From Lingula anatina (Eukaryota; Animalia; Brachiopoda), in NCBI GenBank assembly GCA_051362555.1, contig CM120643.1, forward strand, positions 6,448,001 to 6,512,000: a DNA stretch of 64,000 bases, written 5' to 3'. This document shows, piece by piece, positions 37,143 to 51,150 of the stretch (position 1 is its first letter; every line of letters begins with the position of its first letter). The position numbers and the translations under genes were made by a program. Under the pieces are notes generated by a model. It worked only from the letters and a program-made list of their open reading frames with translations. It had not been told where the DNA came from and did not search any database.

Positions 37143-38165
37143 GGGTAGACCGGGGCTAAACGCCCCCCTTAAGCAAGAAACATCACAATTTTCCCTGCTG
37201 AAGGTATAGACCGTTCAAAGTGGGCTGACTAGACTACAAACTGATACTAACACTTTTGGAAACAAACAAAAGAAAAACCTTATAGGTAAAAAATAGGTAA
37301 ATTATAAAATCGGCCTTTTTGCCCCATGGCTGGGGCATTACGCCTCACACCACGGGGCTAAACGCCCACCGTGGGCGTCTTGCCCCAAACTATAGGCGTT
37401 ATGCCCCGCCTTTGTACAAAGCAAAATAAAATCAAATTATATTTCTACGAGACAACTTAGTAAGCCTTTAAAAGCAACATATATATTATTTTGCGGTACT
37501 GAGATAATAAAAATACCCATCAAATTTATTCAGAATGAGCTGTAATTCTACTCTTTACGACAGGGCACTGTGATACTTCCAAAATTAAGTTCCTAGTACA
37601 GTCACTTGCTTTGGCTTTTCCCCATATAAGTGTTATAACTGATGATATACAATAAAAAAACATGCATGAAAGAACACTTCCGCATCTTTTTAGAATTATT
37701 TTTTATTTAAAAACGAAAGGGGGCAAAACGCCCAGTGATCGGGGCAAAACGCCCACTATAGGCGTTTTGCCCCATATCAGCATGGGCGTTTTGCCCCAAA
37801 GTGAGATTTTGTATATTTTTTCAAAATTCGGCGGGAAAAGTTTTATACAATCTGACTTCATCGAAACTTGTATGGAGGTCTGATACCATCCTATCTGTCA
37901 CCAACAAAGTTTTTTGAATTCGTGCATTTGGTAGGTGGTGTCACTGATGTTAAGGAAAAGGCTAAATAACAGTAAACAAGGCAAAAATGAACAAATTATC
38001 ATAAAATGCTTATTTTTTAGTTTGTGGTCATCTCCGTCATGGAGGATAAGTCTGCTGGAAATCGGAAGTGGAAAAAACATCACGAGACGCGTATTTATAC
38101 GTAATACCTGAAAAAAAAGCGGGTGGGCGTTTGACCCCGACTGGGCGTTTAGCCCCGGTCTACCC
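37143..38165. mobile_element. TA-flanked (Tc1/mariner/pogo-like) non-autonomous element
   Basis: TIR GGGTAGACCGGGGCTAAACGCCC, TA on both sides, many internal GGGGCAAAACGCCC motifs in both orientations. Confidence 0.8.
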
Positions 38166-38449
38166 TACATCTTTACATTTTATTCATATCTGTGAATATC
38201 TAGTGAAAACTCCATCTGTGACTCAGGTAGCGTGTACTCTCTCTCTCTCACTCACTCTCTATCTCTCTCTGTCTCTGATTGTCTCTGGCCGAATTCACAA
38301 CCAGTTGATCCTCGGACCAGAATCAGATAATAAACCTGTTTTATGATAATTAACTGTTATGACTATAAATGAAACTACATATTTTTCATTCGACCGCATC
38401 TTCCGTATCTTTACGAAAAAATATATTGAAAACGCATCTGTAAAGATTA

Positions 38450-38780
38450 CTCTGAAGAGATGAAAAAAATGCCCGAGCTTTTGGCTTGTGGACCTTCTTC
38501 AGGTACCAAAACAAGAATAAACAAGCAAACTACTGGTATAAGTGGCGTATGATGCATGTAAAAGGGACAATAAGTTAGAAGTGCGTGATAAAGGTTAACG
38601 TCTTGAAGATTACGTAATAATAAAACAAGACTAATATCCGTTGAGATATTCATTGTCTCTCTAAAGTCCTTTTTTAAAGTGTTTAATATTTTTATTAGCT
38701 TCTTATCGACAATCCGTCTTTGTCTTGTGTCGCGTATGTGTTCTTTTAAAATGGAGACTACTGTGGTGGTTCTTGATGCG
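38450..38780 (-). mobile_element. Possible 3' end of a Penelope-like retroelement
   Basis: VSILKEHIRDTRQRRIVDKKLIKILNTL resembles a GIY-YIG endonuclease C-terminus, followed by a hammerhead-like core CCTGAAGAAGG...CCAAAAGCTCGG. Confidence 0.45.
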
Positions 38781-41700
38781 AGCTTTAAGGGCGTTTTTTC
38801 TATCGTTTTCACTTTTAATTACTATTAGTTCTATTACTGTACAGCATAGCTACCAATTATCTGGCAAGCAAAAAGTCTGACAGTTAATTGTGAAGTGTTG
38901 CTGCTACCACTACTACATAAAGTAGATATTGCAAACATATATCGGCATTAATCAATAAGATATCAGACAACTTTCATGGGAAATAAACTGAAATTAAAGC
39001 TGGATATTCTTTTATCTATTATCATTTCGCATTTACGTTAAATATCGGCACGTACGTCTTCATCACCATCATACTTTAGTCGCAGTCCGTAGCGACGAAG
39101 TTCGAACAGTGCATATCAAAATCGTAAATAGGAGTTCTTACGTAGGAAACATCGCACTAGCTTCCTGTTAGCGGTATTGCCACTATTTTAGGGAATCATG
39201 AACAAATCTGGATGGCTCTATCTATAAAAAAGCAGTTGTTACCTAAAAATAAAAAATTACTTTTCAGAATTATTGCAAGAAAAATTAATGAAAAGAACAA
39301 AGGCAAAATATTTTTAATTAAAAATGGAATGTGAACGACAAATACAGCTTCAAGCAAATAAAAATGAAAATAGAATATACACACCCTTGACTTACAATTA
39401 ATTTTTAAAATAATGTCGGTACCTTGTCAATGTATGGCAGGACTGCGTGAAAACGACATACACCCTCCCCTACACATACACTAAACACACACACGCTCGC
39501 GCACGCACACACAAGCTCGAAGAGGGGGAGAGCCAAATCCAATCATTGAAGTTGTACAGCGGTTCATTGTTTGTCCTAAGTAAATCATCATAAAATAAAC
39601 GAATCAGATCAAAATTATAATAAAGCGCTGAATGTGCAGACCAGCAAAACTACTCTTCCCCGTTGCCAAAGCTCTTAATCCAGGTCTATCTTTAAAAAAA
39701 AAACAGACTTCGGTCAAATAATCTAGCTGTGTGTAATACTGTGCATGAACCCAAAATATATGCTATAAATGTAACATTATCAAAATAGAAATACCATATC
39801 ATGAAAAGCCACATTAGAATTCTCCCCCATCCCCTCCCATCAATACGCCCCTTTTCTATTTTCTAATAATACAATACAAACTCAGCGTGTGTAGGAGTGT
39901 GAAAACTAAAGTAGATCAAAAGTTCGCGGATAGGATATGCCATGTAAGGATTCATAGGGGAGATAGGTAATCTCCTTTTGCTCTTTCTTTAAACCTGTCA
40001 ATTTTGAGAAGAAATACAGTGAATCGTTGTCTCTCATTGCACTTAGTCAATATAAATTCAAATATGTAAAAAACATCTTTCCTTTATCACGTAATTCGTC
40101 AGATGTAATAAAATACAGCATTTCCCTAGAAAACCTTTACCCCCTCTTGTGAATGCAATGTGTCGTCTGCAGAGCTCAGCGTCTGCTACCTCGCTGGATG
40201 CTTCGCGGTTCCCGGGATGTGAACAGTTACCGCGGTCCGAAAAATTTTAGGGAGAGTCAGATGAAATGTAGAGGGACCATGGCATCTATAAAGTTCTACA
40301 AGATGAAGCTGGAGATGGGGGCTAGTTTTACTCTTTCCTTTCAAAGTTTTCAATATACTCTGACTTTTAGTACCCGCATGCATTTTATTTATGCATGCAT
40401 TATATTTATTAGGTGTTCAAACAAGACATAGGCCTACATGTAGGCCTACGTTCGCGTCTACACGTCTTTACTATCGTTTACTATCATTTACTCCATTCCG
40501 CAATGTAGGCCCTACGCACGTAACTTCATCAATGTAAACTACTTGGACATAAAAACGACACAAATTCGTTATTATGTCCAAGATGTAAGTAACTTCTATA
40601 TATATACAGCCGATTTTTGCCTGCAAACTTTGGGTATGTTTGTCAACCATACAGTAGGCCTAATATGGTTTCTATCAAGTATACAAGACAGTTATCAGGC
40701 AGAATCATTCATGAAATGCCCAAATAAATCATACACAGTAGGCCTATAAAATAAGAAAGGTTTACTTGTAAAACTCTTAACATTATTTCATCAACTTTTG
40801 CCGAGTTCTTAATTGACGGGGATGGTGTGTGTGTGTGTGTGTTTTCTTGGATCAATCGCTATGAAAAAATATATAATCTTAGGTTCCTGTCAGAAGCCCT
40901 CGTAATCAAAACTATCGGTATTTAAATCTAAAAAGACGTTTTTTCAGTTTTCCCTTTATGTATCTATCGGGAACGGGAGTATAGAGACGTGTAATATTTT
41001 GGGACTAAATTTTATCCGTACGTACCCATTTTTTTCTCTTATATGCAAATTAGGTTCCTTGAAGTAATATAAGACTGGCCGGAAGTGATGTTCAGAGATT
41101 TGTAACGATGGTGATCTTGATGATCTTAATGGTGGTTCAAAAATATTATCAAAGTTTTCAGTTGTCATCTGGTGAGAAAGAAATTTTCTGCACTAACACA
41201 ATCATTCCACGAGTGAAAAATAATTAGTAAACGCGCCTCAGAGATGCGCTGCAGACGTCACGGCTTTTGGGCGAAAATCACACGCGACATTTCGTCATAA
41301 TTATTTGATATAGGTAAAAAACTGTGATTGAAAATGGATATCAGCAAAGCATTAAAATTTTGACAACTTTTCTGTTTATTTGTGTTCGACAAGGATGAAT
41401 TTAATTAGAATACCCCCTCTCTCTCTTTTTAAGCGAATATAAAGGAGAAAGCCGAGCGAAAAAAAAAAATAATAATAATGCGCATAACAGTCAAAATATT
41501 CAGAAGTAAAAAAATTCAGAGTTAAAAATCTTGTTGGCCACTACAGTTCCTCTTCATAGAGGATCACATGTAAAATTTTAAGGCAACTTTTGACCAATTG
41601 ATGTTGTAAAGTAAATGACTTACACTTTCACTAACTGCAGATAAATATTATAACGGAATCAAACAAGTTAAAGGAAAGGGAGTTATTGAGTGTTGTGCCG

Positions 41701-42411
41701 ACAGACAACTCACAACGTAAATAACAACAACAATCTACACGCAATATGGTAACGTGCATATCGGTAACGCAGTGGCCGATTAAGAGGTTTCTGAAAAATA
41801 TATCGCACCAATATTCCCCTCTTGAAATTAGAATTTTGTCTAACCTTTGTATATTTTTAATTGGAAAATCTACTTATTGATATTATTCCATTTTTTCATA
41901 AAAATTATTTGTTTTTCTTATAAAAATTAAAGTGAAAGGGAAAAGATTAGAGGGAGAAAAAGAGCAACAATTGAACATACATATTTTCCCTCAAAATATC
42001 CTTTATTACAGTGAAATGATGAAGAACATACATACTATTGGCATGCATGTACCAAAAACAAAAATACTTTCACTAGTATCTAAAAATGAAAATCAATATA
42101 TCTTCATACATAAAGAACAATGCACCACCTCCAAAAGAATTAACAAAATTTCAAGTATGGCATTACAGTATGGACAGACCTCTATTCAAACAAATAAAAA
42201 ATACATCAATAGAACAATTTTAAATATCTAATTTCCTTGATCTGAAAACAGTAAAGGAACGAATCTGACAAACTACACTGATATAATTTTATTTCCATTT
42301 CTTATTCTTTATTTCACAATACACGCTAACAGATTTACCATCATTTTAATATAAACAACTAACAAAATTGTTAAGATGCAGAAAATGTCAAAAGAGCACG
42401 TTTACATATGC

Positions 42412-42695
42412 AACTAAAAAAGCACTCCAAGGGCGCAGACCTCTGCCAAGTCAGCAAAGTCTCCACCCAATGCCGTTTCACCCCTAAATTTTCGTTCTAT
42501 AATGAGTAAGTTTTTTTTTTTTGATTATTGATTGATTATTGATTGATTATTGATCTGGATCACCACCAAAAACTATTCATCTGTTCTTTGGCCCACTTCT
42601 GACAGTTCCTGAAAATTTCATCAAAATCGGCTTTTTGAGTTATGTGGATGACAGACAAACAGGGGTGAAAACATAACCTCCTTGGCAGAGGTAAT
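42412..42695 (+). mobile_element. Short Helentron-like (HINE) element
   Basis: 5' AACTA, subterminal IR ACCTCTGCCAAG/CTTGGCAGAGGT, 3' hairpin, second copy at 29690-29886. Confidence 0.7.
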
Positions 42696-43105
42696 TAGTT
42701 CAATAATGAGACAGTTAAGGCCAAAGAATTGAAAATAGCATAGGTGACAGCAATGTACGGACATGGCTGAAATTAAAAATCATATTTAAGTGAATGTTGC
42801 AATGGTGTAGGACAAATTTTCTTCCAGCCTTCTTAAAGCTTTTATATTTGTACAACATTAATAAAATTTCCATCTGAAGACGTCTATACAAATGTCACAT
42901 GACATACAGTTTAAAGCCAGAAGGAAAAAGCATTATTATGTCTTGTATATTGTAAAATTAAAATTTATCTTCTACCCTTTTCTGAACCAAGACAACAGTT
43001 CTTGGAATGTTGAGTACACCAAGCAAGCCAACACAGACGTATTTCTAGGATAACGTATTAAAACAAACTGCAAAGTGCTATTTTGGATTTTCATCTGGAT
43101 TCTTA

Positions 43106-43319
43106 CACCCCATTTCCATAGATTAGATCGACCTTTTTTAGATCGACCTAACTCCCTGGGCGTTCACGCTAAATAGCTGTCAGCCGGGCGGACACGAAAG
43201 TTAATTACCCCTTACAGCTTGTAGTAGGCCGGGACTGACACTTAAGGGGGATTATCTGACAGTAATCTAGTGAGACTCCCCGCGGTGATAGATCGATCTA
43301 AAGTTGTGGGAATAGAGCC
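43106..43319. mobile_element. Harbinger-like MITE, copy 1
   Basis: Degenerate TIRs, TTA on both sides, homologous to 63327-63541. Confidence 0.7.
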
Positions 43320-43500
43320 TTAATTTCAACTCTGCTGTTACATTGGCTAAGCTGTATCATTTCCCTCACATTTTTAAATACAACAAAAATATCATTATTA
43401 CGGGTCAGATAATACTTGTCAAGGAACTTTTTTGTTGGTTGTATTTGCCTTAGCACTTCTTTTAATTCAGTCTATTAATCCAGTTAATATAAGTGCTAAC

Positions 43501-44130
43501 GGTATCAGGACGATTTCCCCCCATTCCCCCCCCCCCCCCCTGAAGAATATATATCTATATCTAAATCTATATATCTATATATATAAATAAATGTAAAGTA
43601 AAGAGTACAAAGTTCAAATCTTTTCCCCATTTTCTGAATATTTCCTAGTGTGATGATGATGCAAATCAAGGATAGATAATATCAATTTTATTAAACAATT
43701 TATTTTCATGGAATACAAGTACATGAAATTTTCGAGATAGAAGTACAGAACATTTTATTAAAAATCTGATCAAAGAATATATATCTCCAGGAAAAGGAAG
43801 GGTAAACAGATTATCTCACTCATCCAGGTAGCCCATTGATGTCTGTTTACCTGTTCATCTGTTTACCCCACTTTTACCTGAAGGATAGGTGGTTATACTT
43901 CGATTAGATACTTAATAAATCTTCCTGTACTAGTACTCAATGAAAAGGGAATTTGTTATAAAATAATTTGTTTCATGATGAAGTTATATTATCACACTAA
44001 AAATATTAATAAAATGGATGGAATGTTTTAAACTTTACACTTTCTACTTTATATTTGTTTATAAATATATATTTCTTTGGGGGGAATCGTCCGGTGGGGA
44101 ATTGTCTGAGGGGGTTATTGTCCTAGAATC
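43501..44130. mobile_element. Non-autonomous DNA element with 8-bp TSD
   Basis: GTGCTAAC at 43493-43500 and 44131-44138, with imperfect TIRs GGTATCAGGACGATTTCCCC/GGGGTTATTGTCCTAGAATC. Confidence 0.7.
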
Positions 44131-44718
44131 GTGCTAACTACTATGTAACAATACAGTCTCATGGTTATGTCTTGCAATCTGTAAAGCCTACAGATTAATC
44201 AAGATTTTAAAAATCTGTTAACTGATTTCTTATTGTTAAATTAGCAACAAATAAACCAAATATTGGTATGAGAGTTCTTTGAGGAATATTTTATGTGCAA
44301 GCATGTGGGCTAAAGTTTCTGCAAACAGAACATCAGCACAAACACTATATTCAAACAGGAGGACTGACTCTTTAATAGTGTAACATTTTATCTGGAATTA
44401 TTTAGTAAACAGGAACCCATAAAAGAACAAATATATTATGTTTTAATATAATAAAAAAATAAAAGAGTTTAATATAACAATTCATAATAAAGTCCCATCA
44501 TAACTACCAACATCTATTCTGCTTTGTGCGAGACATATTCCCTCTCGAATTTTGCTGCATCTGTGGAATGATCATCCAAGAATTTTTATGCTCAAAAAAT
44601 CTTAGGTCTCATAAATCTCTATTAGAGACTAAAACATCAGTGTTGTAATCATTTCCCTTAACTGATAGACAGAGTTCCTTATGTGGTATATGGACTGTGA
44701 TCTCTGATGACTGGTTGT

Positions 44719-45010
44719 CTAATACTCCATTGGAGTGAGTGGGACTGGTGATGTCTTTTTTATTTTCATGGATTTAGCAGGTTCTAATCCTGTTTTATTG
44801 TCATACACTGGGGTGGAGAAATTGGTTGGTTTGTTGTAGTCTTCGAATTTCTCCATTTTGTTGTACTTTGGTTCCATTGCATCCTACGAGAAAAAAGATG
44901 AACACTTTAGACCAATGAATAAAAAGAAAATTCAAAGTTAATGTAGCATAAAATATTCACAGGCAATTTGTGAAAAAAGACAAAAGAACTAAACAAAACA
45001 AGCAAAAAAA

Positions 45011-45053
<43 letters not shown>

Positions 45054-45748
45054 ATTAAATAAATAAATTAATTAATTAATTAAAAAAAGATGAAGCTGTA
45101 TACATGCTTTTCTGATATATATGCAAAATACTGAATACTTCAAAGTTCCAAATCTTCTGTCTTTTGTCTGAACCGAGTATCTAAATTCAACCCTCAAATC
45201 TTTTACTGATCACATTTCTATACAATATGTGACTATGTTTACCCCATTCTGTGCCACAGAGATGTCATATACAAAGTCTGGCGTGCTGATGGCCACAACA
45301 TTTTCTCCATGGTGAGCCACCGTTCCTGCAGGTGCCCCAGTCTGAACTCGCCCCCACCACTGGAATGCAGGGCCTTGCTCATACTGAAATCATAACAACA
45401 ACTATTTCAATATCCAGGGGAATCGTTTGATATCATTACCAAAAGATTAAGATCTGGACTTATAATAAATATCAAATGAATTACAAATAAATTGCTGTAA
45501 TGATTATACCTGATGTGCCTTGAAGAAAAATCTGTTTGATAATGAATACCTTATTTTCTAAGATGTATGTGATATCATCTAAGATGGCCTTCACAAATTT
45601 TTGTTAAAATTCTTTGTGAGAGTGAGAAAGAAAGAGAGAGAGACAGAGAAAGAGAAATCTGACCTTCTTTGCAGAAATAGGAACACAACTTTTATGACCA
45701 CTAATAGGATGACCACAAGTATAATGGGGACCACAATGACAGTTGTTT
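44719..45748 (-). pseudogene. LRP-family transmembrane and cytoplasmic-tail exons (45664-45748, 45243-45383, 44719-44883)
   Basis: TM exon ETTVIVVPIILVVILLVVIKVVFLFLQRR. Tail exon KPTNFSTPVYD resembles LRP1 KPTNFTNPVY. GT-AG boundaries, with a phase conflict between TM and next exon. Confidence 0.65.
45008..45070. repeat. (AAAT)n microsatellite
   Basis: Tetranucleotide run. Confidence 0.9.
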
Positions 45749-45937
45749 CTGAAATAACACATTTCCTGGGAATGTTTCAACTCAGAAAGGGAAATAATTC
45801 ATCGAGGAAGTAAAATCAAAATTCTGAATCACAATATGAATAAAATTTATCCAAAACTGAATACTTCCAATTTTACATATGGCTAAATAGTCCTTTCTTG
45901 GCAAAATCTAATGTAAACTAAATAATTCTTACAGTAC

Positions 45938-46168
45938 CTTGTATCTGTTGCAGAGGGTGCATGACCTTGAGGTCCATGGGCCTGTGAATTGTGTTGACCA
46001 GTGATGTCTGGTTAGTGCCTGTGTACTTGTCAGCTTTTTCAATACTCAGATGGTTCCAGTCAGTCCAATATATCCAGTCTTCAAATACAGCAATGGCAAA
46101 TATGTGGACTATTCTGACTTCTGATATGACCAATTAACTGTCTGTTGCTGCCATCAAGGTTGACATAC
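45938..46168 (-). pseudogene. LRP1: LRP1-like YWTD beta-propeller exon with a 4-bp frameshifting insertion
   Basis: YVNLDGSNRQ/LVISEVRIVHIFAIAVFEDWIYWTDWNHLSIEKADKYTGTNQTSLVNTIHRPMDLKVMHPLQQ closely resembles an LRP1 propeller. AG and GT boundaries. Confidence 0.8.
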
Positions 46169-46949
46169 CTGAAATCTAATGTACAGATGTATTAGATTTT
46201 TTTTGGAACAAGAAAAACTACAGAACCTGCAGTGAACTGTTTATGTCTCAGTTAGAAAAAGATCAACTTAATGACCTCCAGACCTGCTTGGCTGTGGTGC
46301 AGGTAATAACCTGTGACACTACCACATACTAAATTAGGTTACATTAGCCAACTGAAGATGTTATAAACATAATACAAAAAAAGATGTTATAAACATAATA
46401 CATAAAAAAAAAAAAAAAAAAAAAAAAACAACAACAACAACACAAGCATATATAAACAAATATAAGTCTGTCCAGTAAATAAATCTGGAATAAAATGCCT
46501 AGCATATACGACATATTTTAAATTAGATATATATAAATCAATTAGTTATATCAAACATGAGTATGCAGTCCCTGACTTTTTTTCTGGCCATTAAAATTTT
46601 ATTTGTATTATTATCATTATATATTTACAAAATTTTAAGTTCTTTTTTAACCATTTGGGACAAATTCCTATTTATCTTACATACATTATGCTTATAAAAC
46701 ATAATGAGAGAAATAAATCATAACTGAAAATAACCTTGTCCAAAAATTAATATTAAGGGGAAAATAAATGAAAAGATGAAACTACTCTGCTAAGATATGC
46801 TTAGAATCACGGTATAATAGTGGAGAAGACTAGAAGAGAAAACATTTCCACAGGCTTACATGTGCATCAACAGACACGCATAGCGTATACATGCAGTTCT
46901 CACTAGTACACACTCTACTATGAGGTTATGTTTGTTTTCAAGTTTCTCT

Positions 46950-49900
46950 TACCTGAAAACACTGGCAATTTTCACTGCTTAAAATAGTTAAATGTTAATA
47001 ATAATTTTGACAAATCTTGTCCCATGTTTCTGAAAATTGTCCTTAATCTTGCCACGTCATGTATTGTACACATGACTAAGACATAGTGCTGTTCTTGGTT
47101 CTGTCTTTCACTGTTCTTTTTCTTTTTCATGGTAAGAGTACTCTGGAAAAAGAACAATGTAACTGAAAAAACTAAAAATTATATTAAAAAGACTGGTAAA
47201 TTCAATGACTTAAAATAGTTAAACGATAATAATTTTGTCAAATTTAGTCCAATATTTCTGAAAATTGTACAAATGATGCTTAACAACAATGAAAATCTGT
47301 GAAAAGGTGATCAGTTGTCTGTATCTAATGAAAAGTGTTTTTTGGGACAACATATTTGGGAAAACTGAAAAATACATTGAAAAGACTGGCAAATCCCAGG
47401 ACTTAAAATAGTTAAACATTAATAATTTTGTCTGATCTTGTCCAATACTTCTGAAATTTGTACAAATGATGCTTAACAACAATAAAAATCTGTCATAAGA
47501 TGATCAGTTGACTGTATCTAATGAAAAGTGATTTGTGGGACAACTTATTTGGGAAAACTGAAATTTACATTGAAAAGACTGGCAAATCCAAGGACATAAA
47601 ATAGTTAAATGTTAATAATTTTGTCAAATCTACTCCAATATTTCTGAAATTTGTACAAGTGATGCTCAACAACAATAAAAATATGTGATAAGTTGATCAG
47701 TTGTCTGTGTCTTTTGGTCAAGTGTCAAGTTTATGGGAAATTGATCATCAGAAGTGTGATAATTATGTAACCAAAATAAATATTTTTAATATTGCAATGT
47801 ATTATTTACTCTTAAAGAAAACAGCAAATGTAATAATTTGAGTTTGTTTGTGTAGAAGGTTGCAAATAACCTATACCTGTCATCTGGAAACCAAACTTCT
47901 CCTAACTATCAATGCCAGATGCAGATTACTCCTTACAATGGGTTTCTGGAATGGGTTGTTGTTATCACAATATTTGACAATGTCCTAAATCTTGCTACAT
48001 AACATGTATTGTACACATGGATAAGACATAGTGCTGCTCTTCATGTTGTCTTCCACTGCCTACTTTTTCATGGTAAGGGTACTCTGAAAAAAAGAACAAT
48101 ACAACTGAAAGAACTTAAATTTACATTGAAAAGACTGGCAAATCCCATGTCTTAAAATAGTTAAACGTTAATAATTTTGTCAAATCTTGTCTAATATTTC
48201 TGAAATTTGTACAAATGATGCTTAACAACAATAAAAATCTGTCATAGGATGATCAGTTGACTGTATCTAATGAAAAGTGTTTTTTGGGACAACTTATTTG
48301 GAAAAACTGAAATTTACATTGAAAAGACTGGCAAATCCAAGGACATAAAATAGTTAAAACTTGAATAATTTTGTGAAATCTTGTCCAATATTTCTGAAAT
48401 TTGTACAAATGATGCTTAACAACAATAAAAATCTGTGAGTATCTGATCAAATGACTGTGTCTTATGAAAAGTATCTTCTCTGGACAATATCTTTGAAAAA
48501 AAAAATGAAAATTACACTGAAAACACTGGCAAATTCCATGACATAAAATAGTTAAATGTTAATAATTTTGTCAACTCTAGTCCAATATTTCTGAAATTTG
48601 TACAAGTGATGCTTAACAACAATAAAAATCTGTTATAAGCTGATCAGTTGTCTGTGTCAATTGTGTTAAGTGTCAAGTTTATGGGAAATTGATCATCAGA
48701 AGTGTGATAATTATGTAACCAAAATAATATTTTTAATATTGCAATGTATTATTTACTCTTAAAGAAAACAGCAAATGTAATAATTTGAGTTTGTTTGAGT
48801 AGAAGGTTGCAAATAACCTATACCTGTCATCTGGAAACCAATATATACCCATACAAGACTTCTCCTAACTATCAATGCCAGATGCAGATTACTCCTTACA
48901 ACGGGTTTCTGGAATGGGTTGTTGTTATCACAATATTTGACAATGTTCTAAATCTTGCCACATATCATGTATTGTACACATGGATTAGACATAGTGCTGC
49001 TCTTTATGTTGTCTTCCACTGCCTACTTTTTCATGGTAAGGGTACTCTGAAAAAAAAGAACAATATAACTGAAAGAACTTAAATTTACATTGAAAAGACT
49101 GGCAAATCCCATGTCTTAAAATAGTTAAACGTTAATAATTTTGTCAAATCTTGTCTAATATTTCTGAAATTTGTACATATGATGCTTAACAACAATAAAA
49201 ATCTGTGAGTATCTGATCAAATGACTGTGTCTTATGAAAAGTATCTTCTCTGGACAATATCTTTGAAAAAAATGAAAATTACACTGAAAACACTGGCAAA
49301 TTCCATGACATAAAATAGTTAAATGTTAATAATTTTGTCAAATCTAGTCCAATATTTCTGAAATTTATACAAATGATGCTTAATAACAATAAAAATATGT
49401 GATAAACTGATCAGTTGTCTGTGTCCTTTGTTTAAGTGTCAAGTTTATGTGAAATTGATCATCAGAAGTATGATAATTACGTGACCAAAACAAATATTTT
49501 AAATATTGCAATGTATTATTTACTCTTAAAGAAAACAGCAAATGTAATAATTTGAGTTTGTTTGTGTAGAAGGTTGCAAATAACCTATACCTGTCATCTG
49601 GAAACCAATATATACCCATACAAGACTTCTCCTAACTATCAATGCCAGATGCAGATTACTCCTTACAATGGGTTTCTGGAATGGGTTGTTGTTATCACAA
49701 TATTTGACAATGTCCTAAATCTTGTCACATATCATGTATTGTACACATGGATAAAACATAGTGCTGCTCTTTATGTTGTCTTCCACTGCCTACTTTTTCA
49801 TGGTAAGGGTACTCTGAAAAAAAGAAAAATACAACTGAAAAAACTGAAATTTATATTGAAAACACTGGCAAATTCCATGACATGACATGAAATAGTTAAA

Positions 49901-51150
49901 CGTTAATAATTTTGTTAAATCTAGTCCAATATTTCTGAAATTTGTACAAATGATGCTTAACAACAATTAAAATCTGTTATAGGATGATCAGTTGACTGTA
50001 TCTAATGAAAAGTGTTTTTTGGGACAACTTATTTGGAAAAACTGAAATTTACATTGAAAAGATTGGCAAATCCAAGGACTTTAAATAGTTAAACTTTAAT
50101 AATTTTGTCAAATCTAGTACAATATTTCTGAAAATTGTACAAATGATGCTACACAGCAAAAAAAAATAAGTGATAAGATGATCAGTTGACTGTATCTAAT
50201 GTCTTTTTGGGACAATATATTTGGGAAAAGTTCAAAACTGATATTTACATTGAAAAGATTGGCAAATCACAGGACTTAAAATAGTTAAATGTTAATAATT
50301 TTGTCAAATCTTGTCCAGTGTTTCTGAAATTTATACAAATGATGCTTAACAACAATAAAAATCTGTGATAGGCTGATCAAATGACTGAGTCTAATAAAAA
50401 GTATCTTCTTTCAATAATATCTTTGAAAAAACTGAAAATTACACTGAAAACACTGGCAAATTCCATGGCTTAAAATAGTTAAATGTTAATAATTTTGCAA
50501 TGTGATTATAAAATAAAATAGTAAATGTGATGACTTAAGGTTGTTTGTGTAATAGGTTGCAAATTACCTATAACTTTTATCTGGAAAACAATATATACCC
50601 ATAAGACTTCTCCTTACTATCAATGCCAAATGCAGATTACTCATTATAGTGGGTTTCTGGAATGGGTTGTTGTTTACACAATATTTGACAATGTCCTAAA
50701 TCTTGCCACATATCATGTATTGTACACATGGATAAGACATAGTGCTGCTCTTGGTGCTGTTCTTTCACTGCCTTTTTCATGGTAAGGGTACTCTGGAAAA
50801 AGAATAATATAACTGAAAAAATTTAAATTTGCATTGAAAAGACTGGCATATGCAATGACTTAAAATAATAATTTTGTCAAATCTAGTCCAATATTTCTGA
50901 AAATTGTACAATTGATGCTTAACAACAATAAAAACCTGTGATTAGATGAAATGTTGACTGTACCTAATGAAAAGTGTCTTTTGGGGACAACATGTTTGGG
51001 AAAACTGAAATTTACATTGAAAAGACTGGCAAATCCCAAAAACACTGGCAAATTCCATGACATAAAAAAGTTAAACACTAATAATTTGTCAAATCTTGTC
51101 CAATGTTTCTGATATTCGTACAAATAATGCTTAACAACAATAAAAATGCA
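46950..51150. repeat. Complex degenerate satellite: ~180-bp monomers with higher-order ~0.75-1 kb blocks
   Basis: Recurrent GAAAAGACTGGCAAAT motif. A spacer block containing GGGTTTCTGGAATGGGTTGTTG recurs at ~47940, 48903, 49670 and 50651. Confidence 0.9.

Noticed and set aside
48795-49885. Two similar ORFs of 95 and 107 aa as a gene pair
   Set aside because: They lie in repeat blocks, start at non-ATG codons, and the other copies are disrupted
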